From assembly GCA_018499905.2 (NCBI GenBank), contig JAHBAU020000003.1:1-59825 (forward strand): DNA of 59,825 bases, in the 5' to 3' direction. The translations under genes were made by a program, and so were the position numbers. Origin of the DNA: Candidatus Saccharimonadota bacterium (GTDB lineage Bacteria > Patescibacteriota > Saccharimonadia > Saccharimonadales > AQU-01). Shown piece by piece: positions 19,334 through 29,917 of the stretch (position 1 is the first letter of the stretch; the number at the start of each line of letters is the position of its first letter). The notes below the pieces were generated by a model. It was given only the letters and a program-made list of their open reading frames with translations. It made no database searches and had not been told where the DNA came from.

Positions 19334-20764
19334 ATGAGTCAATGGCCCCTTATTGCGGAAATCGCTGCTGCGGTTACAAGCGGCAAAACGACTGCCGTTG
19401 AGCAGGTGGAAAAGGCGCTCAAGACAATTGCCGACCAAAAAGAATACGACGCTATCATTGCCACTACGGCTGATCGAGCTTTGGAGCGAGCCAAGACGAT
19501 TGATGCAAAAATCAAAAACGGCGAGGCTGTTGGACGCCTGGCTGGCGTACCGTTTATTGCAAAAGATAATTATTTGGTGTTTGGGGCCGAAACGACGGCC
19601 GCTTCGAATATTTTGCGTGGATTTAATGCTCCATATCAGTCTACAGTCATTAATCGGCTGGAGGCCGAAGGCGCGATTTGCGTTGCCAAAGCCAATCTTG
19701 ATGCCTTTGCGCACGGGGCCAGTACCGAAAACAGCGACTTTTTTGTGACCAAAAACCCTCATGATACGTCACGAGTGCCCGGTGGCTCTTCTGGCGGTTC
19801 GGCTGCTTCAGTCGTGCTCGATATGGCGCCATTCGCGCTCGGCAGCGACACGGGCGGTTCGATTCGCCAGCCAGCCAGTTTTGTGGGGTGCGTCGGGTAC
19901 AAGCCAACCTATGGTCTAACCTCGCGCAGCGGTGTTGTAGCCATGGCAAGCAGCACCGACACCATGGGTCCGCTCACGCGCAACGTCGCCGATGCAGCCG
20001 AAGTGCTTGATGTCTATGCCGGCCCAGACCCACTAGATAGCACTACAACGCCACGCCAAGCCGAGGGCTATAGCGTGACCGGCCAAAAAATGGACCTTCA
20101 AGGTGTAAAAGTCGGACTGATTAAGCAATACATGGGTGATGGCATTGATGAGGCGGTCAAAAAAGTCGTATTAGAAGCGGCCGACAAACTAAAAAGCCGC
20201 GGAGCGATTGTTGAAGAAGTTGACTTGCCAAGTTTGCCTCTCGCGCTTGCGGTGTATTACATCATCGTCCCGGCTGAAGTGAGTAGCAACTTGAGCCGCT
20301 ACGACGGCCAGCGCTATGGTTTTTCAGCCAAGGATGCGACCGATCTTGAATCGAGCTATGTGCAGTCGCGCAGCCAAGGTTTTGGTGTTGAAGCCAAGCG
20401 CCGAATTATGATTGGGACGTATGTATTAAGTAGTGGTTACTACGACGCCTACTACAAAAAGGCTCAGACGGTTCGTACCAAGCTAATTAACGAATTCGCT
20501 GAGGCTTTTCAAAAGTATCAGTATCTCATTGGTCCAGTGGCGCCGACACCAGCCTTTCAGATTGGTGAAAATGCCGACGACCCGCTAAAAATGTACTTGT
20601 CAGATATTATGACGGTTGCAGCCAATCTGGTCGGTGTCCCCTCTATAAGTCTGCCGGCTGGAACTGTAGGCAAGCTGCCTGTGGGGCTTCAAATAATGGC
20701 ACCAATGAATAAAGATCGAGAGCTGCTGCTCATGGCGCTGGCCGCTGAGGAGGTGTTGGCATGA
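19334..20764 (+). CDS. gatA: Asp/Glu-tRNA amidotransferase subunit A
   Basis: Amidase signature GGSSGGSAA, GSDTGGSIRQPA, RRIMIGTYVLSSGYYDAYY. Confidence 0.97.
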   Translation: MSQWPLIAEIAAAVTSGKTTAVEQVEKALKTIADQKEYDAIIATTADRALERAKTIDAKIKNGEAVGRLAGVPFIAKDNYLVFGAETTAASNILRGFNAPYQSTVINRLEAEGAICVAKANLDAFAHGASTENSDFFVTKNPHDTSRVPGGSSGGSAASVVLDMAPFALGSDTGGSIRQPASFVGCVGYKPTYGLTSRSGVVAMASSTDTMGPLTRNVADAAEVLDVYAGPDPLDSTTTPRQAEGYSVTGQKMDLQGVKVGLIKQYMGDGIDEAVKKVVLEAADKLKSRGAIVEEVDLPSLPLALAVYYIIVPAEVSSNLSRYDGQRYGFSAKDATDLESSYVQSRSQGFGVEAKRRIMIGTYVLSSGYYDAYYKKAQTVRTKLINEFAEAFQKYQYLIGPVAPTPAFQIGENADDPLKMYLSDIMTVAANLVGVPSISLPAGTVGKLPVGLQIMAPMNKDRELLLMALAAEEVLA

Positions 20765-21165
20765 ACCTGCTGACGTTGATAGCGATCCTGCTGTTTGTCT
20801 TTGCTGGCTCTGTTTTAGCTATGCGATTCGTGTTTAAAAGGCGGGTGAATAAGCCAAAGTATAAAGCTCGCTGGCAAGAGCTGCAGAAATTTTTGGCCAG
20901 CCGTGAAACCTGGCCTTTGGCGGTCATAACGGCTGACAAATTGCTTGATGAAGCCCTCAAAAAACGCCGATTCAAGGGCAGGAGTATGGGCGAACGGCTG
21001 GTGTCGGCTCAGCGCACATTTAGTGACAATGACGGTGTCTGGTTTGCACATAATTTATCCAAAAAATTAGCCGACGAATCGGCTGTACGCTTGCGGCAGG
21101 TTGACGTAAAAAAATCATTGGTTGGCGTCCGTCAAGCGCTGCGTGACCTTGGAGTCCTCGAATGA
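20761..21165 (+). CDS. Membrane-anchored hypothetical protein, HEPN-like helical domain
   Basis: N-terminal TM; ADKLLDEAL..G.SMGERL..VWFAH pattern; ATGA overlaps with both gatA and gatB. Confidence 0.75.
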   Translation: MNLLTLIAILLFVFAGSVLAMRFVFKRRVNKPKYKARWQELQKFLASRETWPLAVITADKLLDEALKKRRFKGRSMGERLVSAQRTFSDNDGVWFAHNLSKKLADESAVRLRQVDVKKSLVGVRQALRDLGVLE

Positions 21166-22622
21166 GCGATTATATAGCCACTATTGGTATTGAGTGCCAT
21201 GTGCAGCTGAGTACTAAAACCAAACTGTTCGCAGGTGTGGCAAACGATGCGCGCGAAGCCGCACCAAATACCTTGGTCAGTCACATTTGCTTTGGATTGC
21301 CCGGTGCGTTGCCGGTTTTAAATGAGAAAGTTGTAGAGTACGCCAGCCGGATGGCTTTCGCTTTTGGCACTCGTCCACAAACCTATAGCTACTTTGAACG
21401 AAAGCATTATTTTTATCCAGACTTGCCCAAAGGCTACCAGATCACCCAGTTACAAAAACCAATTATTGTTGGCGGAGAAGTGGAAATTTCGGTCAATGGC
21501 CAAAAGCAGACGGTACGCTTAAATCGTGTCCAAATTGAAGAAGACGCCGGCAAAAATACTCACCCTGACAAAGCAGACTATAGCCTTGTCGATCTTAATC
21601 GGGCCGGTACACCGCTGCTTGAAATTGTTTCCGAGCCCGACATCACCAGCCCTGAAGCCGCCAAGGCCTATGCTAAAGAGCTGTACTTATTGGCGCGCTA
21701 CGCCGGCATCAGCGATGCGGATATGTATCATGGCAACATGCGCTTTGACCTGAACGTCTCGGTGTCTAACGATCCAAATGTGTTGGGAACTCGAACCGAA
21801 ACAAAGAACCTTAACTCGTTCCGGAGCATAGAAAAAGCCGCTGAATACGAAATTAAACGGCAGACCGAGCTGCTCAAAAAAGGGGAAAAGATTGTCCAGG
21901 AAACGCGCGGTTGGGATGAAGCCAAGCAAAAAACTGTGTCGCAGCGCTCCAAAGAAGAAGCCCACGATTATCGCTACATGCCCGATCCGGATTTGCCGCC
22001 AATTGTCTTAGACGAAGCCTTCATTACTCGTGTTGAAAAAGCCATGCCAACTATGCCCTCGCAGTGGCGGGCACATTTATTACAACTTGGTTTGGATGAA
22101 GCGCAGGTGAGTACCTTGCTTGACGCCGAGCTCGAGCACGAGGGCATCACCTATCTGATGCTTATAAAAGATGCTTTAAGCCAAGCTGAATACGCGAAAT
22201 TCATTGCTAATTTTGCCGTTAACACCGAAATACCGCTACGACGAGATGCTGAGACTGAGCCAGCCATACAGCCAAGTGATCGAGCTGCTTTGTATAGCGG
22301 CGTCTACGCCCTTATTCAGGCCGGTAAGCTCAGTTCGACCAACGCCAAAGCCTTGTTTACCGCAATACTGCAAGCCGCGTCATTACCATCTGACTTTGAG
22401 GCCTACGCCAAAGACAAGGGCCTAGTGCAGATGTCGGACGAGGGTGCGCTAGATAAAATAGTGGCCGAAGTCTTAGCCGAGAACGAAGCGGCAGCCCAAG
22501 ATGTGAAGAATGGTGAAATGAAAGCCATCGGCTTTTTGGTTGGACAAGTGATGAAAAAATCGGCTGGCCAGGCCAACCCAGGTGTTGCCACCCAACTTAT
22601 TAAAAAACAGCTCGGCGTATAA
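21162..22622 (+). CDS. gatB: Asp/Glu-tRNA amidotransferase subunit B
   Basis: IGIECHVQL, YFYPDLPKGYQITQ, NRAGTPLLEIVSEP, DYRYMPDPDL. Confidence 0.97.
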   Translation: MSDYIATIGIECHVQLSTKTKLFAGVANDAREAAPNTLVSHICFGLPGALPVLNEKVVEYASRMAFAFGTRPQTYSYFERKHYFYPDLPKGYQITQLQKPIIVGGEVEISVNGQKQTVRLNRVQIEEDAGKNTHPDKADYSLVDLNRAGTPLLEIVSEPDITSPEAAKAYAKELYLLARYAGISDADMYHGNMRFDLNVSVSNDPNVLGTRTETKNLNSFRSIEKAAEYEIKRQTELLKKGEKIVQETRGWDEAKQKTVSQRSKEEAHDYRYMPDPDLPPIVLDEAFITRVEKAMPTMPSQWRAHLLQLGLDEAQVSTLLDAELEHEGITYLMLIKDALSQAEYAKFIANFAVNTEIPLRRDAETEPAIQPSDRAALYSGVYALIQAGKLSSTNAKALFTAILQAASLPSDFEAYAKDKGLVQMSDEGALDKIVAEVLAENEAAAQDVKNGEMKAIGFLVGQVMKKSAGQANPGVATQLIKKQLGV

Positions 22623-22632
22623 TTTCGAAAAT

Positions 22633-23379
22633 ATGACAACAAACATTGGTGAAGTCGAGGCACTATATATTACACCTCTTGATGGCGCGCCGGCAGCCAC
22701 CGTCGATGGTCAAGTACCTACCGTTTTAGAAATTGGAACCCACGGACTGGCTCGCTACGGAGTTGACTCGCGGGGCTATCAGGTTATGCGGTACCACGGA
22801 CCCAAGGATGGTTTTGAGCCGATTAGCCCAAGTTTGCTGGCACAAGTTGGGGTGGATATTCGGTACGAGCAAATGACGTTTACGCACCCATCCTGCGACA
22901 GTGTGTCAATGCCGATCGTACCAAGCCTTCAGCCATCAGTTCAGCCCGAAGTCACGGCATTCTTCGCCGGTATTGTTGGTGATGAGGTGCGACTGGTTGG
23001 GCCGCTCCATCATCATGGTAGGTACCATATTGCAGGCGAGATGCCTTCGCATGAATCAATCACTCGGCAAAATACGTTGCGGCTGGCTGTTACCGATGCT
23101 CCTGGTAGTATCCTTGTAGACAATTCCTTACCTCAACCAATTATACCTGGCGTGGATGTCGTGGTTACGGGTGATCGGGATGTATTCCTACCCGGCCAGA
23201 CTGTGACTATCCATCGACCTGGCGCAGAAACGCATTCAGACGTCACCGGCTGGGTAAGTGCCATACAAAACTTGGGTCTGGCTGACTGTGACTATCGCGT
23301 GGCAGATATAGAGTATCATCGAGATGCTGCTGGGCTGCGGGTCGCGGTAGGTAGCCAAGTGCTACTGAAGCAACCATAG
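22633..23379 (+). CDS. Orphan protein resembling a degenerate MOSC (YcbX/mARC-like) fold
   Basis: IGEVEALYITPLDG, MTFTHPSCDSVSMP, FFAGIVGDEVRLV, GLRVAVGSQV recall MOSC_N/MOSC; start moved to ATG 22633. Confidence 0.6.
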   Translation: MTTNIGEVEALYITPLDGAPAATVDGQVPTVLEIGTHGLARYGVDSRGYQVMRYHGPKDGFEPISPSLLAQVGVDIRYEQMTFTHPSCDSVSMPIVPSLQPSVQPEVTAFFAGIVGDEVRLVGPLHHHGRYHIAGEMPSHESITRQNTLRLAVTDAPGSILVDNSLPQPIIPGVDVVVTGDRDVFLPGQTVTIHRPGAETHSDVTGWVSAIQNLGLADCDYRVADIEYHRDAAGLRVAVGSQVLLKQP

Positions 23380-23422
23380 TCCTAGATGTCACCTGCTGCC
23401 TATCCGTGTTAAAATTTAGTTT

Positions 23423-24322
23423 ATGAAACCAGTACGAAAAGCGGTCATTGCGGCGGCCGGATTTGGAACACGTTTTTTGCCGCAAACCAAAGCCATGCCC
23501 AAGGAAATGTTGCCGTTGGTTGATAAACCGGTAATTCAGTATGTAGTCGAAGAGCTCGTTTCGGTCGGTGTCGAAGATATCATAATCGTCACCGGTATTG
23601 GAAAGCGGAGTATTGAAGACCATTTTGACCGCCCGCCGGCAGACCTCATTGCCAACCTCAAAGCTGGCGGACCAAGCAAAGAGCCTTTATTGCAGGAAAT
23701 TCGTGCCATCGCCGATATGGCAAACTTTATTTACGTGCGGCAAAAAGGTCCATATGGTAATGGAACGCCGTTGTTAAACGCCGAGCATTTGATTGGCGAT
23801 GAGCCATTTTTCTTTACCTGGAGCGATGATTTCTTTGTGTCCCAGCCGGCACGTTTTCAGCAAATGCTCGATGCCTATAACGAATATGGCTGTTCTATTT
23901 TGAGTGCCATGAAAGCAACAAGTGATGAGGATTACGATAGATATGGTTTTGCAGCGGGGCATGAGCTAAGGCCAGGTGTCATTGAAGTGAATGATATCGT
24001 TGAAAAGCCTGGCAAAGAACAAGCTCCGTCGGACCTGGCAAATGTCAGTGGCTTTCTGCTAACACCCGACATCTTTAGCTACTTACGACAAACCGTAGAA
24101 ACATTGGAACCCGGTAAGGAAATATATACTAATGACGCGATAAAAAAGATGTTAGTCGACGGGCACAAAGTGATTGCGCTCGAGATTGCCAACGGCAAGT
24201 ACTATGACGCGGGCAATAAGTTAGAATATTTAAAAACTGTTGTTGATATTGCTTTATCGCATGAAGATGTCAAAGACGAATTTCGGGAATATCTGCGTCA
24301 GGTTATCGGCCGCTCATCATAA
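23423..24322 (+). CDS. galU: UTP--glucose-1-phosphate uridylyltransferase
   Basis: KAVIAAAGFGTRFLPQTKAMPKEMLP, VEKP, YDAG. Confidence 0.95.
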   Translation: MKPVRKAVIAAAGFGTRFLPQTKAMPKEMLPLVDKPVIQYVVEELVSVGVEDIIIVTGIGKRSIEDHFDRPPADLIANLKAGGPSKEPLLQEIRAIADMANFIYVRQKGPYGNGTPLLNAEHLIGDEPFFFTWSDDFFVSQPARFQQMLDAYNEYGCSILSAMKATSDEDYDRYGFAAGHELRPGVIEVNDIVEKPGKEQAPSDLANVSGFLLTPDIFSYLRQTVETLEPGKEIYTNDAIKKMLVDGHKVIALEIANGKYYDAGNKLEYLKTVVDIALSHEDVKDEFREYLRQVIGRSS

Positions 24323-24340
24323 GGTGTATACTATACGTAT

Positions 24341-24601
24341 ATGAACACAGAAGAGCGAATCCTCGTTATATTTTTATCGGTCGCATTGGCAATATTCCTG
24401 ACATTGGCTATTGCCGTCATGGTGCTGACATTGCAGATTTTGAACAAAGTCAAACGCATCAGTGACAAAGCTGAAGATCTAGCCGATAAAGCTGAGGCCG
24501 TGGGTGAATTCTTTCAAAAAACGGCAGGTCCTGCCAGTTTGGCAAAATCGCTAACCAAAATGTTTAAAATGTATAGTAAGCATCAAAAGAATAAGGAATA
24601 A
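24341..24601 (+). CDS. Small membrane protein, YtxG/DUF948-like
   Basis: N-terminal TM plus coiled coil; directly upstream of YtxH-domain gene. Confidence 0.6.
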   Translation: MNTEERILVIFLSVALAIFLTLAIAVMVLTLQILNKVKRISDKAEDLADKAEAVGEFFQKTAGPASLAKSLTKMFKMYSKHQKNKE

Positions 24602-24607
24602 ACGACA

Positions 24608-25066
24608 ATGAGGAAAAGTACCGAACGATTAGCTGTGGGCGCAACGATTGCAGCAGCCGTTGGCTATGTTGCCGGCATCCTTACAGCACCAAAAAGCGGC
24701 AAAGAAACCAGAGCCGAAATTCAACGAAATGCATCCAAGGCCCGTACCGAAGCCGAGCATCAGCTTAAGAGTTTGCATAGCGAACTTAACAACTTGATTA
24801 ATGATGGCAAAGATCAGGCCAACAAAGCAAACACTAAAGTCAAAAAAGAATTAGCAGAAGTCTTGGCCAAGGCGCATATTGCCAAAGACAAGGCCCGCGA
24901 AATGCTGTCAGCCATTCATGAAGGCGACGCTGAAGACCGCGACTTGCAAAAGGCTATAACTGAAGTGAATAAGGCCATCAAGCACCTGAAGAAGTATCTT
25001 AACAATCCAACAGCTGAAAAGCCTGAAGCCAGTAAAGCCACCAAAAAACCAGCCGACAAAAAGTAA
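24608..25066 (+). CDS. YtxH domain-containing protein
   Basis: GILTAPKSGKETR signature. Confidence 0.88.
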   Translation: MRKSTERLAVGATIAAAVGYVAGILTAPKSGKETRAEIQRNASKARTEAEHQLKSLHSELNNLINDGKDQANKANTKVKKELAEVLAKAHIAKDKAREMLSAIHEGDAEDRDLQKAITEVNKAIKHLKKYLNNPTAEKPEASKATKKPADKK

Positions 25067-25143
25067 AATAAAATCGACCTGCGGCAAGCAAATCAGTTAG
25101 AATAGAAGCTTGAAATGGAGGGTAGACAACCGGTCTTTTTAGT

Positions 25144-28100
25144 ATGGGCGCAAAACAGCTAAAAAACAGTGATTACGTACATCTGCATAATCACACGCAG
25201 TACAGTTTGCTGGATGGTCTAACCAAAATTCCGGCCCTGATGGACGCCGTCAAAGAAATGGGCATGGAAGCTGTGGCAATTACCGATCATGGCACCATGT
25301 CAGGGGTCATTGAGTTTTATAAAACGGCGACAGAAAGTGACGTCAAACCCATAATCGGCATGGAAACCTATGTTGCGCCACGCGGACATCAAGATAAAGA
25401 CCCGGGCAAAGACAAGACACCTTTCCACTTAACGCTGTTGGCCATGGACAATGATGGGTATCGCAATTTAATGCGCCTCAGCACCATTGCCAATCTAGAA
25501 GGGTTTTATTATAAGCCACGCATTGACCATGAGTTACTGGAAAGACATCATCAAGGGTTGATTGTCCTGAGTGGCTGTATTGGCGGTGAAGTTGGCGATG
25601 CGCTGCGCCAAGGACAGGATGAGAAAGCAAAAGACATTGCCAGCTGGTATAAAAGCGTGTTTGGCAATCGGTATTATCTGGAAATTCAGGATCATGGTCA
25701 TCCGGAGCATCCGAGCAAATGGGCAGAGCAAGAACGCGTTAACGCCCTCATAATGGCTTTGGCAGCCGAGCTTGCAATTCCGGTTGTGGTGACGTGTGAT
25801 GCACACTATTTGCGGCACAGTGACCAAGAGGCCCACGAAATCTTGCTCTGTGTGCAAACTGGTTCTTTCTTAAATGATGAAAAACGGATGTCTTTGAGAG
25901 ACTTCGAGTTGCATGTCACTGACCCGCAAGAAATTGTGAAGCGTTGGGGCAAAGATCACCCAGAAGTCATTACCAACACCAGAGCGATTGCCGATCGCTG
26001 CAATGTGAGTATCGAGCTGGGAAACATCTTGATTCCAAAGTTTCCGGTTCCAGACAAAATGACTGAGAAAACCTATCTGCACGAAAAAGTCTATCGCGGC
26101 CTGGCGATGCGCTATGGCGGCGTAAAAGATGCTGCAGCCGAAAAGATGACAACCAAACAGGCGATGGCAGCGCTGCCAAAGCATGTGCAAGAACGCGCGG
26201 CATACGAGCTGCAAGTTATTGATGACATGGGCTTTAACGGCTATTTTTTGATCATTTCTGATTTTGTGAACTGGGGAAAAGATCAGGGGATAATTTTTGG
26301 CCCCGGGCGAGGCAGTGCCGCCGGTTCGATCATCGCCTATGCCCTTAAGATCACCGAACTCGATCCACTGTTATATGAGCTGCTGTTTGAACGATTTTTG
26401 AATCCAGACCGTATTTCTATGCCGGATATCGATATCGACATCCAAGATACACGCCGGGACGAAGTGATTCAGTATTGCGTGCAAAAATATGGCACGAGCC
26501 GAGTGGCAAACATTGTGACCTTTGGCAAAATGGCCGCCCGCAACGCCGTGCGCGATGTGGCTCGCGTGTTGCAGGTACCCTATGGTGATGCCGACCGCAT
26601 GGCAAAAATGATACCACCTCCCGTGCAAGGCCGTCACATACCGCTCAAAGTGTCTTTACAAGAGAATGCCGAACTAAAGGCCGAATACGAGGGCAATCCA
26701 GTTGCCAAGCGAGTGTTTGACCTAGCTACACAAGTTGAAGGTACGATTCGTTCGCACGGCGTACATGCCGCCGGCGTGGTGATTGCGCCGACGGATATTG
26801 TCGAGTATGCCCCGTTGGAAATGGCCCAAAAAGGCGTGGTGGCAACTCAGTATTCTATGGGACCAGTGGAAGAGCTCGGTCTTCTTAAAATGGACTTTCT
26901 TGGGCTTTCAAACCTCACAATTATCAAAAACGCGCTACGTATTATCAAAAAAGTTTACAAACAAGATATCGACATAAATGCTATTCGTTTGGACGATCCT
27001 AAAACATACGAACTGCTGGCTCGCGGTGATACAACGGGTGTTTTTCAGTTGGAATCCTCGGGCATGAAACGGTACTTAAAAGAACTAAAACCAACGGAAT
27101 TCAGTGACATTATTGCCATGTGTGCGCTATATCGACCAGGTCCGCTTGGTGCTGGCCTGACCGACTCCTTTGTGAAGCGAAAAAATGGTGAAGAAGAGGT
27201 GCGCTATGATCACCCGCTGACTGAAAATGCACTGAAATCAACTTACGGCGTCATTGTCTATCAGGAGCAGGTGATGCAGATGAGTAAAGAGATGTGCGGC
27301 TTTACCGGCGGTGAAGCTGACACGCTCCGCAAAGCAATTGGTAAGAAAAAGCGCGACGTCATGGACAAAATGGGTAAGCAGTTCATCCAGGGAGCTGTCA
27401 ATAACGGGGTGCCCAAGCAAGTAGTCGAAAAAATCTGGAACGATATCTTAGGTTTTGCCGACTATGCCTTTAATAAATCGCACTCGGCCTGTTACGGGCT
27501 CATTGCATATCAGACGGCTTACCTCAAGGCGCATTATCCCACAGCCTTCATGGCTGCCTTGATGACTAGCGACTACGATAACATTGATCGCTTGGCAATC
27601 GAGATCAGTGAGTGTAAGCACATGGGCATCGAAGTATTGTCGCCCGATGTCAATCAGTCATTTGTAGAGTTTGCCGTCGTGCCTGGCTTTGAGCCCTCGG
27701 GCGGGCAGATTCGTTTTGGTATGAATGCTATAAAAAACGTTGGAACGGGGGCTGTTGAAGAGATCTTACGAGCCCGTGCCGAAAACGGTCGGTTCGAAAC
27801 CCTGGAAGAGTTCTTAGCAACGGTCAATCCGCGAATCGTAAACCGCAAGGCCATGGAAAGTTTGATAAAATCTGGCGCCTTTGATCGGTATGAAACACGA
27901 CATACCTTGCTTGAGAATTTAGATGTCATTATGGCGTTTGCTGCACGGTTACATAAGCAGGGTATCGAAGGACAGATCAACCTGTTTGGCGAGGAAGAGA
28001 TGGAGCTCGCCAATGCTCGCCCAACTTTGAATTTACTGAGTGATGTGTCTCTGCACAATGAGCGAGAACTGGTTGTTTGGGAGCGTGAACTTTTGGGTAT

Positions 28101-28767
28101 TTATCTTTCGCAACATCCACTAGAATCCTTCGCAGCTATCTTGAGCGATTTGGCGACACCTATCACAGAAGTTTTAAAAACGCCTGAAGGCAAAACGGTA
28201 CAAGTTGGCGGGTTAGTGACAGATATTCGCCAGATTCTTACCAAAAATGGCCAAAAAATGGCCTTCGTTAAACTGGCCGATGACGAAGCCGAACTTGAGC
28301 TCCTCTTGTTTCCCAACTCCTTTGCCCAGACCGAACACCTATGGGAAAAAGATAAGGTCGTCATTGTAAAAGGTAAGATTAATACGAAGGGCCGCGACGG
28401 AAATCCCAGTGATGAAGTGAAGCTGATGGTTAATGAGGGTCGGGAAATCAGTCTGGCAGAGGCTAAGAATTATCGACCAAAACAGAAGCGCGGCAAGAAA
28501 GCAGCGGCGACCGCTGCGCCACCTGCTCCAGCAATTGCGCAAAAGCCAAAGCTATACCTGAGACTTCCGAGTAGTGAAGACCAGCAACTCCTCATGTCAT
28601 TGAAGCATGTCATTGACCAGTATCCTGGCGATACTGATGTTGTTCTCGTGGTTGGAGCTGGTCAGGCACGGCAAGCCATTAAGCTACCTCTGCGAGCTGA
28701 CACGGCTGCAGATTTATTGAAGCAGTTAAGCGAGCTTGTTGGGGCAGAAAACGTCAAACTCCACTAA
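25144..28767 (+). CDS. dnaE: DNA polymerase III alpha subunit
   Basis: PHP motifs HLHNHT/TDHG/CDAH, GRGSAAGS, PDIDID, KMDFLGL, FNKSH, C-terminal OB fold. Confidence 0.98.
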   Translation: MGAKQLKNSDYVHLHNHTQYSLLDGLTKIPALMDAVKEMGMEAVAITDHGTMSGVIEFYKTATESDVKPIIGMETYVAPRGHQDKDPGKDKTPFHLTLLAMDNDGYRNLMRLSTIANLEGFYYKPRIDHELLERHHQGLIVLSGCIGGEVGDALRQGQDEKAKDIASWYKSVFGNRYYLEIQDHGHPEHPSKWAEQERVNALIMALAAELAIPVVVTCDAHYLRHSDQEAHEILLCVQTGSFLNDEKRMSLRDFELHVTDPQEIVKRWGKDHPEVITNTRAIADRCNVSIELGNILIPKFPVPDKMTEKTYLHEKVYRGLAMRYGGVKDAAAEKMTTKQAMAALPKHVQERAAYELQVIDDMGFNGYFLIISDFVNWGKDQGIIFGPGRGSAAGSIIAYALKITELDPLLYELLFERFLNPDRISMPDIDIDIQDTRRDEVIQYCVQKYGTSRVANIVTFGKMAARNAVRDVARVLQVPYGDADRMAKMIPPPVQGRHIPLKVSLQENAELKAEYEGNPVAKRVFDLATQVEGTIRSHGVHAAGVVIAPTDIVEYAPLEMAQKGVVATQYSMGPVEELGLLKMDFLGLSNLTIIKNALRIIKKVYKQDIDINAIRLDDPKTYELLARGDTTGVFQLESSGMKRYLKELKPTEFSDIIAMCALYRPGPLGAGLTDSFVKRKNGEEEVRYDHPLTENALKSTYGVIVYQEQVMQMSKEMCGFTGGEADTLRKAIGKKKRDVMDKMGKQFIQGAVNNGVPKQVVEKIWNDILGFADYAFNKSHSACYGLIAYQTAYLKAHYPTAFMAALMTSDYDNIDRLAIEISECKHMGIEVLSPDVNQSFVEFAVVPGFEPSGGQIRFGMNAIKNVGTGAVEEILRARAENGRFETLEEFLATVNPRIVNRKAMESLIKSGAFDRYETRHTLLENLDVIMAFAARLHKQGIEGQINLFGEEEMELANARPTLNLLSDVSLHNERELVVWERELLGIYLSQHPLESFAAILSDLATPITEVLKTPEGKTVQVGGLVTDIRQILTKNGQKMAFVKLADDEAELELLLFPNSFAQTEHLWEKDKVVIVKGKINTKGRDGNPSDEVKLMVNEGREISLAEAKNYRPKQKRGKKAAATAAPPAPAIAQKPKLYLRLPSSEDQQLLMSLKHVIDQYPGDTDVVLVVGAGQARQAIKLPLRADTAADLLKQLSELVGAENVKLH

Positions 28768-28796
28768 TTGTTGTTGATTAGTTTCTTGCGCGTCGC

Positions 28797-29837
28797 TTAC
28801 AGAACGTAACCGGCGGTTTGGGAAATCATGACACAGAGGCCAATCAGGCTAATGACAGTGACATCAAACAGCATGTGATGCAGCACGTAGCGCTCGCCTT
28901 TGACCAGCCACTTGCGTATTGCGAATGCGTGCTTGAGGGCAAGCGACAACAGACTGGCGATAATCAAACCGCTAGCCACACCGCTCAACCACGCTAACTG
29001 GCCTCGGGTTATGGTAGCTAAACGCGAGATTGCCACCGGTTCTGGCTCAGTCGTAATTGGTGCATCTGTGGTGATTGGGGTTGCGACAGGTTCAGCGACA
29101 GTCTCGGTAGGTTGTTCTGTCGGTTGTTCAACAGCACTCTCTGGTGCTGGCACAGGAGCCGGTACGGGTGTCGGCGTAGGTTGTTTATTCGTTGATTGTA
29201 CGACGGGTTGTGGCGAGGGTGTCGGTGCTGGCGCTGCACTGGCGCTGGCTACAGTTGGCTGGCCATACATGGCGACCACGACTGTTTCGGGTCCGGTTCC
29301 TTGGTAATCACTAGAATTGGCGTACCCAAAGCCGACATCGGTATAGTCGCCAAGCAACATATTCTCGCGGTGGCTCGGGCTGTTCATCCAGCCAGTTACA
29401 GTGTCAGCACTAGTCAAGAAGCCGTAGGCTAAGTTTTCACCAGCCTTCTTATAATCATATCCAGTACTATCGATAAAGACCCAAGGTGGATTACCTTCAG
29501 GGGTGTTATGCGACCAATAGTCCCTAGCAACCATATCGTCAGCCTTGGCTTGCGCTGCTTGATTAAGGGAAGAATTTAGGCTGAGATTGCCGACGCTATT
29601 GGCTGCCCGCTGCTGATTCGTAGCGTCTAATAGTCCACTTCGGCTGAGACTGGTGGCATAGGCTAAGACACCGCGTTGTGCTAGTGGCCTACTAAACAGC
29701 CCAATTACCAATCCCAGGGACACGATTAATAGGAGCGGCATATAGGGCCAATAAACTTTTAAGAAGTCTTTGGTCGGGTTTTGGTGTTTGCCGTGTCGTT
29801 TTTTATTTGCGGCGGTACTTTGTCTATGTGCAGCCAT
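28797..29837 (-). CDS. CAP (SCP) domain membrane protein with Pro/Thr-rich stalk
   Basis: AQAKADDM..YWSH, GENLAYG, WMNSPSHRENML; N- and C-terminal TM segments. Confidence 0.9.
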   Translation of the reverse strand: MAAHRQSTAANKKRHGKHQNPTKDFLKVYWPYMPLLLIVSLGLVIGLFSRPLAQRGVLAYATSLSRSGLLDATNQQRAANSVGNLSLNSSLNQAAQAKADDMVARDYWSHNTPEGNPPWVFIDSTGYDYKKAGENLAYGFLTSADTVTGWMNSPSHRENMLLGDYTDVGFGYANSSDYQGTGPETVVVAMYGQPTVASASAAPAPTPSPQPVVQSTNKQPTPTPVPAPVPAPESAVEQPTEQPTETVAEPVATPITTDAPITTEPEPVAISRLATITRGQLAWLSGVASGLIIASLLSLALKHAFAIRKWLVKGERYVLHHMLFDVTVISLIGLCVMISQTAGYVL

Positions 29838-29917
29838 ATTCGAATGAGTGTAGTATACCAGATAGTTGCACGGTCGTATAAAATCAAACGGTACAATAGT
29901 TTCAGGAGTTTTTATTC

